From Bacteriovoracaceae bacterium (lineage in GTDB: Bacteria; Bdellovibrionota; Bacteriovoracia; Bacteriovoracales; Bacteriovoracaceae): a stretch of DNA of 11,426 bases. A model generated the notes under the pieces. That model was not told the origin of the DNA. It saw nothing but the letters and a program-made list of their open reading frames with translations, and made no database searches. The translations under genes were made by a program, and so were the position numbers. Positions 1 to 6,479 of the stretch are shown here, in pieces; position 1 is the first letter of the stretch, and every line of letters begins with the position of its first letter. Location: contig JBMYPC010000099.1 of the NCBI GenBank assembly GCA_049599895.1, positions 1 through 11,426 of the forward strand, written 5' to 3'.

Positions 1-2
1 CC

Positions 3-1781
3 CAAGATCCTAGTGTTATTTATCATGAACTTGGTCACTCACTTGTGAACCTTATGATGAACATTAGATCAAACACTTCAAACTCAATTGTTCAATCACA
101 GCTTAGCCACCTCTTTTATGATGAGGCCAATGCCATTAACGAAGGGATTGCCGATTGGATGAGTTATTTTATGACCAACCGAACTCGTATTGGAGAATGG
201 GCCCTCGGAAGATTTCTTGATGCTTCAAGACCTCTTACTGAAAGTGACCCACTTCATGTGGCAACAGTGGGAGACTTTGATGGTGGATCACTCTCCTATC
301 CTACTTATCTTAACTATGATGTTCGTTCGGCGTCAGTGCCTGTTGAAGATGTTCACTACGCTGGACAAATTATGACCCATTACCTTGTGGCCCTGACAAA
401 AAACATTGATAATAAATGTGGATTTAATGACATTGATAAATCCCAGGCCCAAGTCTTTAGAATTCTCATTGAGACTCTCTCTGAACTCGGTGACATGAGT
501 GCTAGAGGAAGTGACTCAGCTCAAAACTATTTTGGAACTTCTGAGTATGAGTACAAAGTCAATTTAAGCCCTACTCATGCCTATGAATGGAACCGTATTA
601 ACAATCCCATAAACTACAGAAAGTTCTCTCAAACTCTGGCAAAATACCAAAAAGAGCTTTTAGTGGATTCAGCAAGTGATAGCTCGGTTTGTCCTGGAAC
701 TTATTGTCCTTGTCCTAATCGAGTTTATACAACAGACGACATTGAAAGCTTACTTGATAAGTATGGCCTTCTTCTTTTTGAAACTTATAACGAAAATGGA
801 AACAGTGCTCTTCGCTCTATTTCAAGCGTCCCTGGTTCAAGCCCCTTAGGTCACTCAGGAACGAATAAGCTCGTTTCTCCAGCAAACAGAGTTCAATCAC
901 AACTCATCAACAAGGAACATATTAAGATCGATGATCGCGCAGGACAAAGTACAGCTTATGTCTTTGACGATCGAAGCGATATGCTAAGTGTCCTTGACGG
1001 AGCAGGACTTGGCGCCTTCCTCTCGGATCAGATTGATAGCCAACTCATTCACAATAACGGCAACGGAAAAATAAGCCCTGGTGAATTCCTCGGAGTTCTT
1101 CCTAATCTTTATAATGACTCCACATCAACTATGGCCGGAGTCCAACTTCTGGCCAATGACTGGGATCATTTTAAGGATGATAAACCTTGTAATAATCTAG
1201 GTGATAACTTTCCTTTTTCATCTGAAGGAGCTGCTGATATCTCCACAAATGAAGGAACTCCAGGAGCTTGTGATTACACAACTCGAGAAAATGGCGATGA
1301 AACCGAAGAAGACCTTGCTCCAGTTTGTTTTGTGCAAACAGAAGAGTCTGGAAGCCTTGTTTGGGTTTCACAAGAAAAATTCAGAGACAAAATGAATCTT
1401 GATAAATCAAAATGTCTGAGCCCATCAACCACGAATAGCTCTAATCAAACAGTCTATAATACGAGCAATTGCTTTATCAGGGCCTTTAAAGACCGTGATC
1501 ACGCTTATTATTCAAAAATCAATCCTAAATCAAACTGGGTCGACACTTTAAAAGATGACACTGGTACTCCGCAATTTAGTGTCTCAAATCTTATTTTCTT
1601 TGAAGTTTCCCCTTGGATTCCACCGGGTACTCAATTTAATTGTCGTTTCCGTGCAAGGTTCACAAACTGTAAGGACTGCTTTCACGATAGTTTAAATTCA
1701 AACGATGATTACCTTGATTATGAATATTCTGGAGCTCGTCCGTTTAAGATTATCAACTTTCAATTTAGGGTTATCGATTAA
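3..1781 (+). CDS. Zinc metallopeptidase, thermolysin/fungalysin-like (M4/M36, gluzincin); 5'-partial, with a long Cys-rich C-terminal extension
   Basis: The frame is open from the window edge. 3..47 reads QDPSVIYHELGHSLV, with HExxH at 24-38 upstream of the ORF-track GTG at 45. The third-ligand motif AINEGIADW has NEGIAD at 138-155. EDVHYAGQI (His codon 354-356) resembles the thermolysin GGVHxNSGI active-site His. 12 Cys in the visible part suggest an exported protein. Stop TAA at 1779-1781. Confidence 0.8.
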   Translation, partial: QDPSVIYHELGHSLVNLMMNIRSNTSNSIVQSQLSHLFYDEANAINEGIADWMSYFMTNRTRIGEWALGRFLDASRPLTESDPLHVATVGDFDGGSLSYPTYLNYDVRSASVPVEDVHYAGQIMTHYLVALTKNIDNKCGFNDIDKSQAQVFRILIETLSELGDMSARGSDSAQNYFGTSEYEYKVNLSPTHAYEWNRINNPINYRKFSQTLAKYQKELLVDSASDSSVCPGTYCPCPNRVYTTDDIESLLDKYGLLLFETYNENGNSALRSISSVPGSSPLGHSGTNKLVSPANRVQSQLINKEHIKIDDRAGQSTAYVFDDRSDMLSVLDGAGLGAFLSDQIDSQLIHNNGNGKISPGEFLGVLPNLYNDSTSTMAGVQLLANDWDHFKDDKPCNNLGDNFPFSSEGAADISTNEGTPGACDYTTRENGDETEEDLAPVCFVQTEESGSLVWVSQEKFRDKMNLDKSKCLSPSTTNSSNQTVYNTSNCFIRAFKDRDHAYYSKINPKSNWVDTLKDDTGTPQFSVSNLIFFEVSPWIPPGTQFNCRFRARFTNCKDCFHDSLNSNDDYLDYEYSGARPFKIINFQFRVID

Positions 1782-2377
1782 TGCTAAAAAAAATTGGATT
1801 TTTGACATTCATGGTTTTCCTCGGGTTTTCTCTGACATTTCTCGTACAAGAGAATGATCAGACGAACAATCAAGTTGTGACAAACGTTGAGGATGAAGTA
1901 GATACTCAACCCACTTCGAATAAAAACGTACTGGTGAAAAAGAACAAGCAAACAAAAACAATTACAAAAAGAGAACCTGCTGCAAAAAAGCCGACTCAAA
2001 AAAGTAAAATCAAAGTTCAAAGAATTGCCGGAAGAAGACTTCTTTTACCAATTAAAGATCTCAAAAATATCTCCTACCTCAATACTCCGAACAAAGACTG
2101 GGATAAAAAGCTTCTTAAAAGACTTGGCCGATTCGGCAATGAAGATAAAGAGTTTAAGATTGAACATCTTGATTCTGTTATTCATCCTCAAGGTCAAAGT
2201 AAAGCCGTATTTTATGAGTGGGTCAGAGTCAGATACACAGACGGAAATATCCCAAAGTCTTATGAGGCTTTAGTGAATTCTGAGTCAGGGACAGTCTTTA
2301 AGGTCTGGAATACCACTCAGATTTCAAATCAAAAGCCGATGAAGCTTTCGCCTTCTGGGAGTTATCAAAATATTTAA
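1781..2377 (+). CDS. Membrane-anchored or secreted protein with a Lys-rich linker and a PepSY-like C-terminal region
   Basis: 198-aa ORF. The N-terminus is basic then hydrophobic (MLKKIGFLTFMVFLGFSLTFLV). The C-terminal YEALVNSESGTVFKVWN resembles the PepSY 'vDA.tG.il' strand-turn. The start overlaps the protease stop (TAATG, 1779-1783). Confidence 0.7.
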   Translation: MLKKIGFLTFMVFLGFSLTFLVQENDQTNNQVVTNVEDEVDTQPTSNKNVLVKKNKQTKTITKREPAAKKPTQKSKIKVQRIAGRRLLLPIKDLKNISYLNTPNKDWDKKLLKRLGRFGNEDKEFKIEHLDSVIHPQGQSKAVFYEWVRVRYTDGNIPKSYEALVNSESGTVFKVWNTTQISNQKPMKLSPSGSYQNI

Positions 2378-2386
2378 TATACGGTC

Positions 2387-2481
2387 TGCAGTTACTGTCC
2401 GGGCGGTCCGAGCAGTGAGACTGACTGACAGTTTCAGACAAGCGGAGATACAGTGCGGACGGTCCCGACTGTAACAGCATC
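2387..2481. repeat. Palindromic extragenic repeat, copy 1 (direct repeat of 3158..3261)
   Basis: About 57% GC (54/95 by hand count) in an AT-rich background. Terminal inverted arms gttactgtccgggcggtccg (2391-2410) and cggacggtcccgactgtaac (2456-2475). The 27-nt core 2427-2453 is identical to 3197-3223. Confidence 0.92.
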
Positions 2482-2497
2482 TAAAGATAAATTATTC

Positions 2498-2809
2498 CTA
2501 AGCAACTTCATCAGAGTTAACTCTTTTTCTATCAAAATCTGTTGTTCTTAATTGAACATAAACCACATAAAGATTTTTATCCTTCGGGTTTTCACAATAA
2601 TAAATAGAATTGCCTTTATAGATGAGCTTAGAAAAAAGAGGGTTAGACTCTAAGATTGAACCAGCCAAGGGGTTTGAGCTAAGTAAGTTTTCAGTGTAAT
2701 CAATTAGGTCATTAACGGTGTCAATTGCGAGATTGATATTAAAATTTTCAGCAATATATTCCATCATTTTCTCAAGATCATCCTGAGATTTGGGAGTCCA
2801 TTTAAGCAT
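2498..2809 (-). CDS. Type II toxin, RelE/ParE superfamily (ParE-like)
   Basis: 103 aa. The N-terminal WTPKSQDDLEKMMEYIA and the NPLAG motif are typical of ParE/RelE-fold toxins. It lies directly downstream of a Phd/YefM antitoxin gene and overlaps it by 8 nt. Confidence 0.85.
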   Translation of the reverse strand: MLKWTPKSQDDLEKMMEYIAENFNINLAIDTVNDLIDYTENLLSSNPLAGSILESNPLFSKLIYKGNSIYYCENPKDKNLYVVYVQLRTTDFDRKRVNSDEVA

Positions 2810-3077
2810 ATTTTTTACGGAGTTCTTTTTCTTTCTTTTTTAGTTTGGCCTTAAGTTCACCTGAATCAACGCCTTCACCTCTTAAAGCCTGAGCGTAACC
2901 AATTGCAAGGTTTTTATGAAGTTCCACTTCTTGTTCAAGTTTTTCTATATGATCAACAGATACCATAGCTATTTCTGAGCCATTCTTGTGGGAAATGAGC
3001 TGAACCTCTCCCTCCACAACTTCTTCAAAAGTTTCAAAAAGGGTGGTTCGGAGTTCTGTGATTGTTTTCTTTTTCAT
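2802..3077 (-). CDS. Type II antitoxin, Phd/YefM family
   Basis: 91 aa. MKKKTITELRTTLFETFEEVVEGEVQLISHKNGSEIAMVSVD matches the Phd/YefM N-terminal DNA-binding pattern. First gene of a bicistron with a YefM-type operator upstream. Confidence 0.88.
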   Translation of the reverse strand: MKKKTITELRTTLFETFEEVVEGEVQLISHKNGSEIAMVSVDHIEKLEQEVELHKNLAIGYAQALRGEGVDSGELKAKLKKKEKELRKKYA

Positions 3078-3102
3078 GTGTACATCTTAATGTACACATG
3101 AA
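3073..3102. promoter_or_regulatory. Antitoxin operator: perfect 13-bp inverted repeat containing two TGTACA cores
   Basis: ttcatgtgtacat-ctta-atgtacacatgaa. TGTACA at 3079-3084 and 3091-3096, 12 bp centre to centre, the core and spacing known for YefM-YoeB operators. It overlaps the -10 box and the start codon. Confidence 0.85.
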
Positions 3103-3112
3103 TTTTTGTCAA
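3084..3112 (-). promoter_or_regulatory. Sigma70-type promoter of the TA operon
   Basis: Minus strand: TTGACA (3112-3107), 17-nt spacer, TAAGAT (3089-3084), 6 nt, then ATG (3077). Confidence 0.82.
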
Positions 3113-3157
3113 TTAAGACTGTTAAACCATCAAAATTACTGGAATTAATAAACAGCT

Positions 3158-3261
3158 TGCCGTTACTGTCGGGACGGTCCGAGCAGTGACCTGAGCGACA
3201 GTTTCAGACAAGCGGAGATACAGCGCGGACGGTACGGACAGTCCCGACTGTAACAGTCATC
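3158..3261. repeat. Palindromic extragenic repeat, copy 2 (direct repeat of 2387..2481, with one extra 9-nt unit)
   Basis: Arms gttactgtcgggacggtccg (3162-3181) and cggacagtcccgactgtaac (3235-3254) pair at 18/20 positions. It differs from copy 1 by 7 substitutions, two 1-nt indels and one 9-nt indel (hand alignment). It lies 3 nt past the stop of the minus-strand OMP gene. Confidence 0.92.
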
Positions 3262-3264
3262 GGA

Positions 3265-3888
3265 TTATAAGAAATCAAACGGCGCACTAATCGAAAACAA
3301 AATCTGAGTCAAATCAACTTCACTCTGCCCATCAACAGGAAGATCAGATGAACCTGAGTTATCCTTGAGCTCATCATAAGTAAAAGTTCTGTATTCAAGG
3401 TTTAATGAAATAAAAGGAATTCCGGTGTAACCAGCACCGATCATCATCCCGGTTCCAGAAAGTTCAGAACCTGATTGAAACTGACCTTTAGAGTCATTTC
3501 CATCAGTAAGCTTTGCACTTGGGAAAAAGGCACCATAGGCCCTAAAAAGAATAGGAAGATCAAAGTTTACAAAGACACCAATATTTTGAGCGTCCATCTC
3601 ATCACAATTATCTGAACATTCTCCACCATTAGTAAGATCGGTCCATTTATAATCCCCCATTCCCATATCAACCTGAACACCAGCGGCCACAGGACTTGAG
3701 GAAACACCAACACGGAGTCCGTAATTAATAGAGTTATAATCAGCTTCAGCGTTCATAAGACTGTTTTGAAACTTAGAAGTTCCCTGAACCGCATAACCAA
3801 CATAAGGATCAATATAAAGAAGTCCGTGAGCACTAAAGCTCGTCATTAAAAATAAAAGAACAAGATATTTAAATCCATTAGACTTCAT
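3265..3888 (-). CDS. Outer-membrane beta-barrel protein (small, OmpA/OmpW-like size)
   Basis: Signal peptide ending SFSAHG; alternating aromatic/Gly strands (YIDPYVGY, YGLRVGV, GAGYTG, LNLEYRTFTY); C-terminal strand ILFSISAPFDFL; RBS AGGAG at 3898-3894. Confidence 0.8.
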   Translation of the reverse strand: MKSNGFKYLVLLFLMTSFSAHGLLYIDPYVGYAVQGTSKFQNSLMNAEADYNSINYGLRVGVSSSPVAAGVQVDMGMGDYKWTDLTNGGECSDNCDEMDAQNIGVFVNFDLPILFRAYGAFFPSAKLTDGNDSKGQFQSGSELSGTGMMIGAGYTGIPFISLNLEYRTFTYDELKDNSGSSDLPVDGQSEVDLTQILFSISAPFDFL

Positions 3889-3923
3889 AATAACTCCTAA
3901 AATTGGTGATAGGCTTTCTATAC

Positions 3924-5882
3924 CTAATCAAGCGTTAATGTGTCACGTAGCTTTTGATATTCAGATAGGACTTCAGGATTAGCCACAGCTTCTAAGTTAT
4001 TGAGATCACGTCCATTTATCAACCTTGTCACCGCAAGCTCCATCTTTTTCCCACTTCGGGTGTAGGGAATACCTCCTACAGCGCAGATAAACTTTGGCAC
4101 ATGTCTTGGAGTCGTGCCCTTGCGGATCTTAGTTTTAAGGTCTTTGATTTTATCTTCATCAAGCTTTTCAGATTTATTAAGCTTCACAAAAAGACAGACT
4201 TCAACATCACCGTCATTTTGAAGACCAACACAAATCGAGTCCTCTAAATAACTTAACCCTTCAATTTGGCGATAAATTTCAGATGTTCCAATTCTCACAC
4301 CCCCAGGATTGAGAGTCGCATCCGATCTTCCAAAAACTTTGACTCCTCCATTTGAAGTAATTTCAATGAAGTCACCGTGATGCCAAATATCTTCATATTT
4401 TGAAAAATAGGCCTTCTTAATTTTTTCTTTATTTTCATCATTAAGAAAATAAAGTGGCCGACTCGGAAAAGAGGAAGCGCAAACAAGCTCACCTTCTTTA
4501 TCGATAACCGCATCTCCGTTTTCATCAAAGCACTTAACATCCATGCCAAGCCCTAAGCATTGAATCTCACCTCTTCTCACTTCAAGATCAGGGTTACCAA
4601 GCATAAAGCAACCAATAATATCAGTGCCACCGCAGATGCTTGATACACAAAGATCCTTTTTAAAGGAGCTATAAATATAATCAAACTGCTCGGGAAGAAG
4701 AGGTGCTCCCGTTGAAAGAAGAGTTCTTAGTTTTGAAAAATCATTTTCTTTAAATTTATAACCACTGTCTTCAAGGGCCCTTAAAAATTTTGGAGAGGTT
4801 CCAAGAATATCAATCTCTTTTCTTGAAAGTTTATCCATAAATCCTTCAAGACTAGGACAACCTGGAGACCCTTCATAAAGAACAACTCTTGGGCCAAAAT
4901 AAAGGGACGAAACTAGCCAGTTCCACATCATCCAGCCACAAGTTGTGAAGTACATAATGCTATCAGTTTGGTTTAAATTTGTATGAAGACCTAGCTCTTT
5001 AATATGCTGAAGAAGTGTTCCTCCTTGGGAATGAACGATACACTTAGGTTTTCCCGTTGTGCCTGATGAATACATCACATAAAGAGGAGACTGAAAGGAA
5101 GTTTGTTTGAAAGTCGGCTCGCCACTTCCCTTTTGAATGTCCTGCCAATAGCAAAACTTCTCACTATTAAAGTTCGTTTTTTCATCATCGACAAAATTAA
5201 CAAGAATGACTTTTTTCAGATTTGGGATTGCTTTAACGATTTGTTCAATCTTTTCAGATTGATCAAAAACTTTTCCATTATAAATGTATTTTGTTGCAGC
5301 AATTAAAAAATGAGGCTTTGACTGTCCAAATCGATCAATAACTCCTTCAACACCAAAGTCACAACTCGTTGAAGTGAACGCCCCACCAAGACTTGAGCTT
5401 GCCAGCATTGCGATAACGGTCTCAGGAAGATTGGGCATAAAAGCGGCAACTAAAGGCTGAGTCTTTGATTTTTCGATTTCTTCAAAATGAGGACGTAAGA
5501 AGTTTTGTATCCGTGAGACTTCTAAACGAAGTTCTTTATAGCTAATCTTTCTTTCAAGCTCTGATTCATGAACAAAATGAAGAGCACAAGAATCATCTTC
5601 ACCAGATTTTAAAAGGTTTTCAGCAAAATTAAGTTTGAGCCCTGGAAACCAGCCGTAATCTTCAAACTTTTCATCTTCACAAGCGGGGCTCAACTCTCCA
5701 GAGTAACTCATTTTAAAATGATCAATAAGATGGCGCCAAAAGCTCTCAGACTCGCTTACACTCCATGCATGAAGATCTTGATACGATTTAAAACTGTGCC
5801 CATTATCATTTAAATGGCCTTTAAATCTATTGAGATGAGTATTTTGGTCTTCCTTCGGACGCCAAAGAACTTCATTTTCCAA
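3924..5882 (-). CDS. acsA: Acetoacetate--CoA ligase (acetoacetyl-CoA synthetase)
   Basis: 652 aa. AMP-binding motif YSSGTTGKPKCIVH, plus the family-typical segments YFTTCGWMMWNWLVS, SICGGTDI, GRSDATLNPGGVRIGTSEIY and SGKKMELAV. The TTG start is uncertain by a few codons. Confidence 0.92.
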   Translation of the reverse strand: MENEVLWRPKEDQNTHLNRFKGHLNDNGHSFKSYQDLHAWSVSESESFWRHLIDHFKMSYSGELSPACEDEKFEDYGWFPGLKLNFAENLLKSGEDDSCALHFVHESELERKISYKELRLEVSRIQNFLRPHFEEIEKSKTQPLVAAFMPNLPETVIAMLASSSLGGAFTSTSCDFGVEGVIDRFGQSKPHFLIAATKYIYNGKVFDQSEKIEQIVKAIPNLKKVILVNFVDDEKTNFNSEKFCYWQDIQKGSGEPTFKQTSFQSPLYVMYSSGTTGKPKCIVHSQGGTLLQHIKELGLHTNLNQTDSIMYFTTCGWMMWNWLVSSLYFGPRVVLYEGSPGCPSLEGFMDKLSRKEIDILGTSPKFLRALEDSGYKFKENDFSKLRTLLSTGAPLLPEQFDYIYSSFKKDLCVSSICGGTDIIGCFMLGNPDLEVRRGEIQCLGLGMDVKCFDENGDAVIDKEGELVCASSFPSRPLYFLNDENKEKIKKAYFSKYEDIWHHGDFIEITSNGGVKVFGRSDATLNPGGVRIGTSEIYRQIEGLSYLEDSICVGLQNDGDVEVCLFVKLNKSEKLDEDKIKDLKTKIRKGTTPRHVPKFICAVGGIPYTRSGKKMELAVTRLINGRDLNNLEAVANPEVLSEYQKLRDTLTLD

Positions 5883-5890
5883 AGAAAGAC

Positions 5891-6454
5891 CTACTTTTGT
5901 GCTTCAGGAGCCGTTTGTTTCACTCCAGACCTTAGCTGATGGGCCTCAACAAACTTCATAAGGTTTTGATAGTCTTCATAGTTTTTAAGTCCTCTGAACT
6001 TGGCCCACTCAAGAAGACTTAATAAGGCCATTTGAGGAAATTCCCAGTCGTCAATGAAGCTATCCACCTGTTGTTCTAAAAAGTCATAAAGAACTTCTGT
6101 TCGGTGAATGGTCTTTTTTCGATACTCTAAAGAATCATCTTTAATTCCCGATCGATCAAGTTGAAGTAATGTCAAAAGAGCATCAGTCGCTTCATTAATG
6201 ATAGTGAGGAAGTTCTCATCATCCCAAGAGAGCTGTTCACGATCGTGTTTTTCTCTGAGGTAGTTATAGATGAGTCGTGAATCATAAATTTGCTGCTTCC
6301 CATCTTCAAGAAGCGGCACTTTTTGAATGGGAGACCGCATTAAAAAGTCTTCATCATCAACACCGTCAAGTGTTTCAAACTTATAATCCATCTCCGCCAT
6401 ATAGAGTCTTACTCTTCTCACATAAGGAGAATAAATCGTTCCGTATAAAATCAT
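5891..6454 (-). CDS. Glutathione S-transferase family protein
   Basis: N-terminal SPYVRRVR, cis-Pro region PIQKVPLL and the YDSRLIYNYL motif of the GST N-domain, followed by a helical C-domain. GAGG RBS upstream. Confidence 0.88.
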   Translation of the reverse strand: MILYGTIYSPYVRRVRLYMAEMDYKFETLDGVDDEDFLMRSPIQKVPLLEDGKQQIYDSRLIYNYLREKHDREQLSWDDENFLTIINEATDALLTLLQLDRSGIKDDSLEYRKKTIHRTEVLYDFLEQQVDSFIDDWEFPQMALLSLLEWAKFRGLKNYEDYQNLMKFVEAHQLRSGVKQTAPEAQK

Positions 6455-6479
6455 CTTTCCCTCACCAATTAAAAAAGAT

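Noticed and set aside
45..47. GTG at 45 as the start of the first CDS
   Set aside because: The frame is open to the window edge and the HELGH zinc motif lies upstream of this codon.
190..2273. Short alternative-frame ORFs 190..375, 1171..1371, 1201..1395, 1784..2020 and 2025..2273
   Set aside because: They are nested within longer, better-supported CDSs and show no recognisable motifs.
2298..2480. 60-aa minus-strand ORF through repeat copy 1
   Set aside because: It overlaps a real gene antisense and has no RBS. Indels in copy 2 shift the frame from the equivalent ATG and give an early stop.
2387..2481. Repeat as a simple intrinsic terminator or a tRNA
   Set aside because: No U-tract directly follows the stem on either strand, the loop is large, and there is no cloverleaf or T-loop motif. 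A role in mRNA 3'-end stabilisation is not excluded.
2387..3261. Repeats as canonical integron attC sites
   Set aside because: attC runs RYYYAAC...GTTRRRY. These arms run the opposite way (GTTAC...GTAAC) on both strands, no conserved outer R boxes are shared by the two copies, and no integrase is in the window.
2387..3261. CRISPR array or composite IS/transposon
   Set aside because: There are only two repeats, about 100 bp long and about 680 bp apart. No cas or transposase gene and no evident target-site duplication.
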